Shown here one piece after another: positions 29,435 through 38,953 of a stretch of 58,803 nucleotides of DNA (the first letter of the stretch is position 1; the number at the start of each line of letters is the position of its first letter). A program made the position numbers and the translations under genes. Under the pieces are notes generated by a model. The model had not been told where the DNA came from and ran no database searches. It saw only the letters and a list, made by a program, of their open reading frames with translations. This DNA is from Bacteroidales bacterium. Its GTDB lineage: Bacteria > Bacteroidota > Bacteroidia > Bacteroidales > UBA932. The stretch spans positions 1 to 58,803 of the forward strand of contig JAEDLO010000001.1 of assembly GCA_016295245.1 (NCBI GenBank). Direction: 5' to 3'.

Positions 29435-32400
29435 ATGAGAAAGAAACTGATCATCACGGCTTTGCTGGCATTTTGCTTCAGCCTGGCCACCCAGGCGAAG
29501 CCTGATCCAAAATTCCACATCTACCTCTGCTTCGGCCAGTCCAATATGGAAGCCGGAGCCGTTCCGGCCGATATCGACAAGGGGTTCCGCAACCCGAGGC
29601 TCAAATTCCTCGCAGCCGTCGATATGCCGCGCCTGGGACGAGAAAAGGGCAAATGGTACACTGCGACTCCGCCTATCTGCCGCGAGAACAACAATCTCGG
29701 TCCTGTGGATTTCTTCGGCCGCAGGATGATTGAGTATATGCCCGAGGACTACACTGTCGGCCTGATTAATGTTTCCGTCGCCGGAGCAAAAATCGAGCTT
29801 TGGGACAAGACAGCCTACAAGGAATACATCGATTCAGAGAGGGACTGGATGAAAGCCATCGTAAAGGAATACGACGGCTGCCCTTACCAGAGGCTGCTCG
29901 AGATGGCTCGCATCGCCCAGAAGGACGGCGTCATCAAGGGTATGCTTGTCCACCAGGGCGAATCCAATTCCGAAGACCCTGAATGGCCGAAGAAGCTCGC
30001 CAAAATCCACGACGATCTCTGCCGCGACCTGGGTCTCAATCCCGCAGACATACCCCTGCTTGCAGGCGAGTTGAAATACCAGGAGGCGGACGGCGTTTGC
30101 TGGGCCTTCAACCGCGACATACTGCCGCATCTGCCGGAAGTGCTCCCCAACGCCCACATCATCTCGGCGCTGGGTTGCGAGAGCACGGGCGACCAGTTCC
30201 ACTTCAGCACCGAAGGAATGAGGCTGTTGGGCTCACGCTATGCCGACAAGATGCTCGAACTCCAGGGCTTCCGCAAGCCGGCAAGCCGTCAGGCAACCCT
30301 CAGGCCTTCCCGCACCGGAATAGACATCAGCCCGCTTCTGAGCGGCATCTTCTTCGAAGACATCAACCAGTCGCTTGACGGCGGCCTCTGCGCCCAGCTC
30401 ATCCAGAACAACTCCTTCCAGGCCTACGATGTGCCGGAGGCACCTAACGCCGCGGAGTTCTCCCCTTGCGACACCCTCATCTACGGCTGGACGCTCATCC
30501 GCCCCGAGGGCTCGAAGGGCAGCGCCCGCATCGTATGCGACAAGCCGCTGATCGCCAACTTGCCGCGCCACTACGATTTCGATCCTGACGACCAGTACGA
30601 CGACGAGCTGCGCTACCGCCAGATGAGCCTGCGCTTCGACATCTCGAGCGCCCCTATGGGTATCGCCGCAAACGGCTATGGCATAGCGCCTTACAGCAGG
30701 GACAGGAGCGCATATTACAGCAACGACACCCAGATTCCGTCCATTCCTGCAAAGGAGGGCGTAAGCTACGACCTGGGACTCTACCTCTGCCCTGAAGCCT
30801 ACTCCGGCTCGTTTGATATCTACCTCGAGAACGCCGGTGGGGAGAAGATTTCCAACACCGTCACCATAAAGCCGCAGGGCCGTGAGTGGAAGAAGCACGA
30901 GGCTGTCCTCAAGGCCGAAAAGACCGAGGACTGCCGCCTGTGCATCGTCGCCGATGCTCCGGGCAGCTTCTATCTCGACTTCGTGACCCTCATCCCTGAG
31001 GCCTCCGAGCTCTGGATGGACGGCAAGGCCGGTGCACTGCGCAAGGATATGATGCAGGCACTGCGCGACCTCAACCCTAAATTCATGCGCTTCCCGGGCG
31101 GCTGCGCTTCCGAGGGCACCAGCTACTTCGGCCAGGTGTTCTGGAAAAACTCCGTCGGCCCGGTTGAGGAGCGCATCGGCTTCCGCAACCACTGGGGTTA
31201 CTGGACTTCGCAGCACATTGGCTTCTACGAATATCTGCTGATGGCCGAGTCACTGGGCGCAACCCCTCTTCCTGTGCTCAACAACGGCGTAACCTGCCAG
31301 TTCGCCGGCCACCGCTACATCGCTCCGCTGGAAACCGAGCGCGACAGGCAGCGCTTCCACGACATATTCGTCAAGGATGCCCTTGACCTGATTGAGTTCT
31401 GCAACGGCGGCACCGACACCGAGTGGGGCGCACTCAGGGCCAGAATGGGCCACCCGCAGCCTTTCAATCTCAAGTACCTGGGCATCGGCAACGAAAACCG
31501 CGGAAAAGAGTTCTGGGAGCGCTTCGACATTATGTACAAGGCCATCAAGGCAGCGCATCCGGAAATCGTAATCGTGAGCACGGCAGGAGCCGCTGACGCC
31601 GGCGAAGAATTCAATGCCAACTATACTCAGATCGACTCCAAGTACCCTGACACCATAGTTGACGAGCACTACTACAAGGGCGACGAATGGTTCTACAACA
31701 ACACCCACCGCTACGACCCGGGCAAGCTTCGCGGAGCAGAGGGTCTGACTTATGACCGCAAGCGCCCTACCAGGGTATTCGTCGGGGAATTCGCCAACAA
31801 CGGAACCAACAACGCATATGCATCAACCCTGGCCGAAGCCGCATACTGGACCGGTCTGGAGCGAAACTCGGATATGGTGATGATGGCCGCCTACGCCCCT
31901 CTTTTCTGCAAGAAGGGCTACAACAAATGGAATTCGAACCTCATCTGGTTCGACAACCGAGGTCTCTGGAGAACATCCAACTACTACTACCAGAAGCTCT
32001 TCTCTCAGGCTGGAGACAAGGCCTTGGAAATCAGCGAGGTGACAAACGGCGGCAAGCCAGATCCTAACATCTACACTTCAGCGACCATCGACAGCCGCAG
32101 CGGAGACATTTACCTCAAGTTCGTCAATGCCGAGCAGCTCGAGAAGGTACTTGAGCTGAATATCGAAGGAGGAAAGAAATACAGCGTCACGATGGAGTTC
32201 ATCTCTTCTCACGACACCGATGTCAAGAACCAGAAGGACCAGAACTACTACTCCAGCCACCCGGACTACGCCCCGAAGCCAGTTGTTACGGGGCCTGACG
32301 GCAGAGGTCTCCCGAGAGGCTTCCAGGGCTTCAGCAAAAGCGTAAACTACCTCGAAACCGTCGTGCCTCACAGTCGTGAGTTCGGCACCGTAAGCAAGAG

Positions 32401-32461
32401 CGCAAGACTTGTGCTGCCGGAAAATTCAGTCGGAATAATCAAATTTTCGACCCTAAAATAA
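29435..32461 (+). CDS. Fusion of SGNH carbohydrate esterase (SASA/CE6-like) and GH51 alpha-L-arabinofuranosidase
   Basis: N-terminal GQSNM, HQGES, DQFH; then GIFFEDIN, MRFPGGC, IGNEN, VDEHYY, VGEFA, ERNSD. Confidence 0.88.
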   Translation: MRKKLIITALLAFCFSLATQAKPDPKFHIYLCFGQSNMEAGAVPADIDKGFRNPRLKFLAAVDMPRLGREKGKWYTATPPICRENNNLGPVDFFGRRMIEYMPEDYTVGLINVSVAGAKIELWDKTAYKEYIDSERDWMKAIVKEYDGCPYQRLLEMARIAQKDGVIKGMLVHQGESNSEDPEWPKKLAKIHDDLCRDLGLNPADIPLLAGELKYQEADGVCWAFNRDILPHLPEVLPNAHIISALGCESTGDQFHFSTEGMRLLGSRYADKMLELQGFRKPASRQATLRPSRTGIDISPLLSGIFFEDINQSLDGGLCAQLIQNNSFQAYDVPEAPNAAEFSPCDTLIYGWTLIRPEGSKGSARIVCDKPLIANLPRHYDFDPDDQYDDELRYRQMSLRFDISSAPMGIAANGYGIAPYSRDRSAYYSNDTQIPSIPAKEGVSYDLGLYLCPEAYSGSFDIYLENAGGEKISNTVTIKPQGREWKKHEAVLKAEKTEDCRLCIVADAPGSFYLDFVTLIPEASELWMDGKAGALRKDMMQALRDLNPKFMRFPGGCASEGTSYFGQVFWKNSVGPVEERIGFRNHWGYWTSQHIGFYEYLLMAESLGATPLPVLNNGVTCQFAGHRYIAPLETERDRQRFHDIFVKDALDLIEFCNGGTDTEWGALRARMGHPQPFNLKYLGIGNENRGKEFWERFDIMYKAIKAAHPEIVIVSTAGAADAGEEFNANYTQIDSKYPDTIVDEHYYKGDEWFYNNTHRYDPGKLRGAEGLTYDRKRPTRVFVGEFANNGTNNAYASTLAEAAYWTGLERNSDMVMMAAYAPLFCKKGYNKWNSNLIWFDNRGLWRTSNYYYQKLFSQAGDKALEISEVTNGGKPDPNIYTSATIDSRSGDIYLKFVNAEQLEKVLELNIEGGKKYSVTMEFISSHDTDVKNQKDQNYYSSHPDYAPKPVVTGPDGRGLPRGFQGFSKSVNYLETVVPHSREFGTVSKSARLVLPENSVGIIKFSTLK

Positions 32462-32527
32462 TTTTGTCAAAAGTTGTCAAAACCCAGTCATATCTTTGCA
32501 TTCGTAATCAAAAACGGATGCAAAGAT

Positions 32528-32725
32528 ATGAATATGGTAAGCAGACCTCAGTATTTCAAGCCAGTTTACGGCATTCACCCCCACGGAGGACACAAGGCCC
32601 TCGTGCATTTTCAGGACAGATACTTCAGACCTTGTCCTGAAGAAAAGGCTGCGAGAGCCGTATATGTAGAATACGACATCAACGGCGTTCCCATCCACGT
32701 TGAGGTCCTATTCGGCGCAAATTAG
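32528..32725 (+). CDS. Small hypothetical protein (65 aa)
   Basis: Fills the gap between GH51 and GNAT genes; genome-like codon use; -7 element at 32491-32498. Confidence 0.6.
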   Translation: MNMVSRPQYFKPVYGIHPHGGHKALVHFQDRYFRPCPEEKAARAVYVEYDINGVPIHVEVLFGAN

Positions 32726-32736
32726 TATCTTTGCGT

Positions 32737-33300
32737 ATGCAAATGACTGAAAATACCGGATTCACAATCCGTGACGCAAGCCCGTCTGACGCCCGATTCG
32801 TGGCCTGGACTGTCTTGACTGCGATAGGCCGCACTGCCGAAGGAGATGAAATGGAAAGGCTGGCAAAAAGCTGCAGTCTTCCGGACACGTTGTATTCTTA
32901 TCGAAATTCCCGCCTTGCAATGGACGGAGACAAACCCGTCGCCTGTCTGATAGCTTACCCCGGGCAGCGGTACAGAGAGATGAGGGACCGCACCTGGAAA
33001 GAGGTCTGGAAAGACGAAGGCTTCAATCTGGACGAGATTGCGGATGAAACTGCCGCGGGAGAATATTATCTGGATTCAATGGCAGCCCTGCCTGAATACA
33101 GGGGTTGCGGCATTGCTCCCCTGCTCTTTTCCGACGCATTCGACAGAGCCCGCAAGCTCGGGCTGGAAACGGTCAGCCTGATTGCCGACCTTGAGTCGCC
33201 ACGCCTGCTGAACCACTACCGCAAAATCGGCTTCGAGGACAAAGAGAAAGTCCTTTTCTTCGGAGAGGAATATATACGTATGACAATTAATATCAAGTAA
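32737..33300 (+). CDS. GNAT family N-acetyltransferase
   Basis: YLDSMAALPEYRGCGIA acetyl-CoA motif, YRKIGF; start ATG 32737 or 32743. Confidence 0.88.
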   Translation: MQMTENTGFTIRDASPSDARFVAWTVLTAIGRTAEGDEMERLAKSCSLPDTLYSYRNSRLAMDGDKPVACLIAYPGQRYREMRDRTWKEVWKDEGFNLDEIADETAAGEYYLDSMAALPEYRGCGIAPLLFSDAFDRARKLGLETVSLIADLESPRLLNHYRKIGFEDKEKVLFFGEEYIRMTINIK

Positions 33301-33302
33301 TT

Positions 33303-33782
33303 ATGGACTTCCTTGAAGTAATAGAAAAACGCCACAGCGTAAGGCGCTTCGAAGACAGACCGGTGGACCGCGAGGTCCTTGACACCCTGATTTCAATCGC
33401 CTCAACCGCCCCTTCTTCCAAGAATTGCAAGAGTTCCGCCTATATGATAATCGAAGATCCTTCTACCATCGAGGCGCTCAGCCAGATGCGCAGCAGCGGC
33501 TCCTCCTTCGTCAAGGACGCGCCGGCTGTCATCGTAGTTCTGGGCAACTCTTCCCTTACTGACATGTGGGTGGAGAACTGTTCAATCTCGGCCACCTTCC
33601 TGCAACTGGCCGCAACTGCCCTTGACCTCGGCAGCTGCTGGGTGCAGGTAGCCGGACGCCCGCGCGACAACAAGCAGCCCGAGGGCGAAAAGGCCGAGGA
33701 CTACGTACGCGAACTTCTGGGCATCAAGGACGAGATGCGCATCGAGTGCCTTCTTGCAGTAGGTTACGAGAAGGCAGCTTAA
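33303..33782 (+). CDS. Nitroreductase family protein
   Basis: RHSVRRF, APSSKN, LGSCWV motifs. Confidence 0.92.
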   Translation: MDFLEVIEKRHSVRRFEDRPVDREVLDTLISIASTAPSSKNCKSSAYMIIEDPSTIEALSQMRSSGSSFVKDAPAVIVVLGNSSLTDMWVENCSISATFLQLAATALDLGSCWVQVAGRPRDNKQPEGEKAEDYVRELLGIKDEMRIECLLAVGYEKAA

Positions 33783-33793
33783 CAGAAGAAGCT

Positions 33794-35848
33794 TCAGGGT
33801 TCGAGGACCAGCTCGCTGATGATGTTGTCAGCCTTGCCGAGCTCCTTTATGATGAAGAGGGCATAGCGTATGTCGAGCGCAATATTGCGGCAGAAATACG
33901 GGTCGAAGGCGATGTCACTCATCGTTCCCTCCCAGACTCTGTCGAAGTTGACGCCGATGAGCTTGCCCTCTGCGTTTATCACAGGGCTGCCCGAATTGCC
34001 GCCGGTAGTGTGGTTGGTCGCAAGGAAGCAGACAGGCACCTGGGAATAGTCTCCCGAAGCATACAGATCGCGTAGCTCCTGAGGGATATTGTAGTCGAAA
34101 ATCTCTGGATTGTCCTTCTCCATCACACCCTTCAGGGTTGAAACCGGCTTATAGCGCACGCCGTCAGAAGGCTCGTAACCCTTTACATTTCCATAGGCGA
34201 CGCGAAGGGTCAGATTGGCGTCCGGGAAGAAATTCTTATCCTTCTCAAATGACATCTGAGCCTGCATATACTCGCGGTTGAGAAGATCCAGACGGCGGTT
34301 AATCCGCCTTATCTGCGGCATCGCATACTCCTGGGCCCAATCCCTCATACTCTTGTAGAAAACATAGGCCGGGTCTTGCTCAGCCTGCTCCGGGCTCAGC
34401 GCAAAGGCCTTGCTTTCGCTGGCGAAGGCCGAGCTTCTGAAAAGGGAGTCTGCCCAGACATTCACGCTGCCGTAGAGCTGAAGCGACTCATTGAAATAAG
34501 AGGGGCGCTGATCCTCCGCAATAAGCTCGGAGAACCTCGTCATCACAGCCTCGAAACTCTCCTTGTCGATAGGCAGATACCAGTCCTTGTAGAAAGCCTT
34601 AAGCGCCTTCTCCCTTTTGGCTGCATCTTCCTCGGCTACGAAAGCCGCGGCAGCTCTGGCAATCTCGACGACGGCTGCGCTTTCATTGTAGATCTCAAGA
34701 GCGAACTTGTATGGTTCGAGCTCGGCGTAAACTCTCTCAAGGCTGTCGCAGATGCCCTCGAAGCGGGTGCCTGCAGCCCAGGCTGAAAGCCTCTTCTCGT
34801 ATTCGCGTTTGGCATCCACAACGCCGTTGCGCCTGATGCCGAGGGCTTCGCCCTGCCATTTCTTCCAGGCGTTCGCCACACTGGCATTTTTGGCGCTGTA
34901 CTGGATGCGGACCTTCTGGCTACGGGCCATATGCTTCTTCTGCGCGTCGAGCCTCAAACTGCGAAGCCCGATTTTGGCAGGGTCGGATTTCTCGGCGATG
35001 TACCTTACGGCAGCGGAATGGATGTACTCCTGGGTGCTGCCAGGGAAGCCGTAGATGAAGGTGAAATCCCCTTCCTTGACGCCTGCGGTGCTGATCGGGA
35101 AGAACTTGCGAGGCTTGAAAGGCACGTTGTCGGGAGAATAGTCAGCCGGAAGGTTGTCCGCCCCGGCGTAAACCCTGAAGAGCGAGAAGTCGCCGGTATG
35201 GCGCGGCCACATCCAATTGTCGGTGTCGCCGCCGAACTTGCCTATCGATGAAGGCGGACAGCCCACCAGACGCACGTCAGTATAGACCCTGTAGGCGAAA
35301 AGGAAGTACTGGTTGCCCATAAAGAGAGGCTCCACGCTGACTTTGAGGCCCGGATGAGCCTCTTTCTCGGCTGCAACTATCTTCTCGCCGTTGACCTTGA
35401 CAATATCTTCGCGGCTTGCCTCGTCCATACCCGGCTCCCAGCCTTCAAGCACCTCGGCGGTCACCTCGCGCATATACTCGAGGAAGCTCACGCTCAAGCC
35501 CTCGCAAGGCAGCTCTTCGGCCGTGTTCTTCGACCAGAAGCCGTCCTTGAGGTAGTCGTGCTCTACGCTGCTGTGGCGCTGGATGTGGGAGTAGCCGCAG
35601 TGGTGGTTGGTTATCAGCAGGCCGCTGCCCGAAATGAGCTCGCCGGTGCAGCCGCCGCCGAAAAGCACCACGGCATCCTTGAGTGAGGCCCTATTGATGC
35701 TATACACGTCCTCCGCCGTGAGCTTGAAGCCCTTGGCGGCCATATCGTCAATACGCTCGCTTACCAGTGAAGGCAACCACATTCCCCCGTCAGCGCTCGC
35801 GCAAATCGCGCACAGCAGTGACAGGACGCCCAAAAACAATTTCTTCAT
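33794..35848 (-). CDS. S46 dipeptidyl peptidase, DPP11-like (Asp/Glu-specific)
   Basis: DGGMW, TNHHC, DNWMWPRHTGDF, TTGGNSGSPV; FDRVWE has Arg at the S1 position where DPP7 has Gly. Confidence 0.9.
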   Translation of the reverse strand: MKKLFLGVLSLLCAICASADGGMWLPSLVSERIDDMAAKGFKLTAEDVYSINRASLKDAVVLFGGGCTGELISGSGLLITNHHCGYSHIQRHSSVEHDYLKDGFWSKNTAEELPCEGLSVSFLEYMREVTAEVLEGWEPGMDEASREDIVKVNGEKIVAAEKEAHPGLKVSVEPLFMGNQYFLFAYRVYTDVRLVGCPPSSIGKFGGDTDNWMWPRHTGDFSLFRVYAGADNLPADYSPDNVPFKPRKFFPISTAGVKEGDFTFIYGFPGSTQEYIHSAAVRYIAEKSDPAKIGLRSLRLDAQKKHMARSQKVRIQYSAKNASVANAWKKWQGEALGIRRNGVVDAKREYEKRLSAWAAGTRFEGICDSLERVYAELEPYKFALEIYNESAAVVEIARAAAAFVAEEDAAKREKALKAFYKDWYLPIDKESFEAVMTRFSELIAEDQRPSYFNESLQLYGSVNVWADSLFRSSAFASESKAFALSPEQAEQDPAYVFYKSMRDWAQEYAMPQIRRINRRLDLLNREYMQAQMSFEKDKNFFPDANLTLRVAYGNVKGYEPSDGVRYKPVSTLKGVMEKDNPEIFDYNIPQELRDLYASGDYSQVPVCFLATNHTTGGNSGSPVINAEGKLIGVNFDRVWEGTMSDIAFDPYFCRNIALDIRYALFIIKELGKADNIISELVLEP

Positions 35849-35856
35849 ATCTTCAG

Positions 35857-36912
35857 CTAATTCTTTTTTGATTCACTTTTGCGCCGGGCAGTCTGGATGC
35901 GCTCCCAGCGCTCGCGGGCAAACTGCTGCATATCGCGCACAGTATCGTATTCATCGACGATTTCACTGCCCAGAAGGGTCTCAATCATATCTTCGAGGGA
36001 CACTACGCCCTGGAAGCTTCCGTATTCGTTGATCACAGCCGCAATCTGCTCATCCTTGCCGAGCATCTCGTCCCAGACCACATCCAGGGTCGTATCCTCC
36101 TGGAAAGAAGGGATGTCGCGGCGCAGCTCTCCCAAGGTCACGTCGTGCTTGTCCTCGGCCATCATCTGAAGAGCCTCGATCCTGAGGATATAGCCTGTAA
36201 TGTATTCATCATCATTGGCATACACAGGGATTCGGCTGTGATGGAAGAAGCGTTTGTCCTTGTAGAAATTCTTTACCATCATCTTTTCCGGAGCCATCGC
36301 CACCACTACTCTCGGGGTCATAACGTCGGCAACGGTGAGCTCGTCCATATTGATGACATTCTGGATGATTGCGTTTTCGTCCTCCTCAAGATCGCCAGCC
36401 TCCTCGGCGACATTGGCCATCGCGCTGACCTCTTCCCTGGATACTGCGGCTTCGCTTTCTTTAGGGGAGATGAGCTTGGTGAGTTTCTCGGCCAGGATTA
36501 CAAGCGGGAACATTATTATCACAAGGATACCGATGACCCGGGTCGAAAAACCCATCAGGGAGCGCCAGCAGTTTGTGCCTATGGTCTTAGGTATGATTTC
36601 AGCGAATATCAGCACGAGTATGGTCATAACGGCGCTGGAAATGCCGAACCACTGGGAGCCGAAGACTTCAGTGGCCTGTGCGCCCACGCCAGCCGCTCCT
36701 ATCGTATTTGCTATAGTATTGAGACTCAGGATAGCCGCAATCGGGCGGGAACTGTTCTGCTTGAATTCTTTGAATTTTGTGGCAGGTTTATAGCCCTCCT
36801 CCTCCCTCATCGTGATATATGAGATGGGAGTGGACATCAGGCAGGCCTCGAGTATCGAGCAAAGAAACGAAACTGCGAGAGCAGATAATAGGAATACAAA
36901 TAATAAGGTCAT
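35857..36912 (-). CDS. CNNM/DUF21-CBS (hemolysin family, CorB-like) membrane protein
   Basis: SFLCSILEA, AEIIPKT, MTPR, HSRIPVY, NEYG..G.V..ED motifs; start ATG 36912. Confidence 0.9.
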   Translation of the reverse strand: MTLLFVFLLSALAVSFLCSILEACLMSTPISYITMREEEGYKPATKFKEFKQNSSRPIAAILSLNTIANTIGAAGVGAQATEVFGSQWFGISSAVMTILVLIFAEIIPKTIGTNCWRSLMGFSTRVIGILVIIMFPLVILAEKLTKLISPKESEAAVSREEVSAMANVAEEAGDLEEDENAIIQNVINMDELTVADVMTPRVVVAMAPEKMMVKNFYKDKRFFHHSRIPVYANDDEYITGYILRIEALQMMAEDKHDVTLGELRRDIPSFQEDTTLDVVWDEMLGKDEQIAAVINEYGSFQGVVSLEDMIETLLGSEIVDEYDTVRDMQQFARERWERIQTARRKSESKKN

Positions 36913-37047
36913 ATCCGGTGCAAAGATACCATATTTCGCCACAAAATTATAGCTTTCACCACAAAATCATATAATTTCGCCACGCATCGGCGCGCGTACT
37001 CGCAATATGTCTTACTTTCGCATCAGAAATTCTAACTGACCAGATAT

Positions 37048-38691
37048 ATGCAGCATTACCTTTCGATTCTCCAGTCGACTATCAAAAGTCACTGGACTCA
37101 ACCTGCTCTCTGCCAATATCGTGGAGAGACGCTCAAGTATTCGGACATCGCGGAAATTCTTGAAAAATTCCACATTCTCTTCGAGAAGGCCGGAATCAAG
37201 AAGGGCGACAAGATTTCGCTCTGCGCAAGAAACACCAACCGTTGGGCCGTTTCTTTCCTCGCAGTCAACACCTACGAAGCCGTAATCGTCCCTATCCTCG
37301 CAGATTTCCACCCGGACAATGTCAACTACCTTGTCGATCACTCTGACAGCATCCTGCTGTTCACCGACTCCGACATCTGCCCGAAGCTGGACTTCGCCAA
37401 GATGCCGAAGCTCAAAGGTATCATCAACATCGACGATTTCTCTCTTGTCCACTCGAATGACGAGGAGTTCACCGCTCTCTTCAAGAATCTTGACGCAAAC
37501 TTCAAGGCAAAATACCCTCAGGGGCTCAAGCCGGAAGATGTCAGCATCCCTGTTGACAATATGGGCGATCTTGCCGTAATCAATTATACTTCAGGCACAA
37601 CCAGCGCACCTAAGGGAGTTATGCTCCGCTACGAGTGCATTTCCGCTTCCGTTGACTTCGCCCTTCGCCGCCTTCCGGTTTACGAAGGTGACAAATTGGT
37701 TTCGATGCTCCCGATGGCCCACATCTACGGCCTCGTATTCGAGTTCATCTACCCACTCTGCGGCGGCGCTGCCGTTTACTTCCTCGGCAAGGCTCCGGCT
37801 CCGTCCCTGCTGCTCAAGGCTATGAAGGACGTGAAGCCATATCTGGTAATCACCGTTCCTCTCGTGCTCGAGAAGGTGTACAAGTCTTCGCTCAAACCGG
37901 TACTCAGCAAACCGGCCATCAAGATACTCTCCGCCATCCCCGGAATCAACCAGCTCATCTTCAAGAAGGTGCGCACTTCGCTCCAGGAGGCCTTCGGCGG
38001 CAATACCAGGGAGTTCATTATGGGAGGCGCAGCCCTCAACCCTGAGGTGGAAGACTGCTTCCGCCGCATCAAGCTCCCTTACACTGTCGGCTACGGTATG
38101 ACCGAAGCGGCTCCTCTCCTTGCTTACGAGGGCCACAAGGACTACGCAAAGGGATCCTGCGGCAAGAAGGTTGACTGCGCAGATGTGCGCATCGACTCAG
38201 CCGATCCTCAGAATATCGTAGGCGAAATCCAGGCAAAGGGTATCAACATCTGCTCGGGCTACTACAAGAACGAGGCTGCCACCCAAGCCGCATTCACCGC
38301 TGACGGTTACCTGCGCACCGGCGACCTCGGTGTCATCGACGCCCAGGGCAACATCTTCATCCGCGGACGCAGCAAGAATATGATTCTCTCTGCAAACGGC
38401 CAGAACATCTACCCTGAGGAGATCGAGGCGCTGATCAACACCAAGCCTTACGCCGTTGAGTCAGTGGTTGTAGACCGTTCCGGCAAGCTTGTCGCCCTTA
38501 TTTATCTCGACAACGAAGCTATGGAGAAGGCCGGACTTGACGCCGAAGCCATCTCTGACGTGCCGGAGAACATCCGCCTGACAGTAAACAAGGAGCTCCC
38601 GGGTTACAGCCAGATTGCCAAGGTAGAGGTAATGGGCCAGCCGTTCGAGAAGACCCCGAAGATGAGTATCAAGAGGTTCCTCTACAAATAA
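37048..38691 (+). CDS. Long-chain fatty acid-CoA ligase (AMP-binding)
   Basis: YTSGTTSAPKG, GYGMTE, LRTGDLG, GQNIYPEEIE. Confidence 0.93.
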   Translation: MQHYLSILQSTIKSHWTQPALCQYRGETLKYSDIAEILEKFHILFEKAGIKKGDKISLCARNTNRWAVSFLAVNTYEAVIVPILADFHPDNVNYLVDHSDSILLFTDSDICPKLDFAKMPKLKGIINIDDFSLVHSNDEEFTALFKNLDANFKAKYPQGLKPEDVSIPVDNMGDLAVINYTSGTTSAPKGVMLRYECISASVDFALRRLPVYEGDKLVSMLPMAHIYGLVFEFIYPLCGGAAVYFLGKAPAPSLLLKAMKDVKPYLVITVPLVLEKVYKSSLKPVLSKPAIKILSAIPGINQLIFKKVRTSLQEAFGGNTREFIMGGAALNPEVEDCFRRIKLPYTVGYGMTEAAPLLAYEGHKDYAKGSCGKKVDCADVRIDSADPQNIVGEIQAKGINICSGYYKNEAATQAAFTADGYLRTGDLGVIDAQGNIFIRGRSKNMILSANGQNIYPEEIEALINTKPYAVESVVVDRSGKLVALIYLDNEAMEKAGLDAEAISDVPENIRLTVNKELPGYSQIAKVEVMGQPFEKTPKMSIKRFLYK

Positions 38692-38714
38692 TCTTCATAA
38701 CACTCTATATTTTT

Positions 38715-38754
38715 TCGAGGATGACAGCTCCCAAGTGTCATCCTCGATATTTTT
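38715..38754 (+). terminator. Intrinsic terminator after the acyl-CoA ligase
   Basis: Perfect 12-bp stem TCGAGGATGACA/TGTCATCCTCGA followed by TATTTTT. Confidence 0.8.
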
Positions 38755-38785
38755 ACTGAACCCTGTATCCCGCAGTTGCTCTGAG

Positions 38786-38898
38786 CCTCCTCCCCCCTGC
38801 GGGGACCTTCCGCGCTACGCGCTCCATCCCGTCTCTCGCTTCGCTCGTGACACCCGCTCACGAAGCCGCGGGCGGCTAAGGGTCCCCGCAGGAGGAGG
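38786..38898 (-). other. Multibranch inverted-repeat element (MITE/REP-like)
   Basis: Perfect CCTGCGGGGACC/GGTCCCCGCAGG arms (38796-38807/38881-38892) enclosing four small hairpins. Confidence 0.7.
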
Positions 38899-38953
38899 AC
38901 TGGGACGGCGGGGCACTGTATAGTTATCCGCAAAGTTTTGCTATTTTTGTCTT

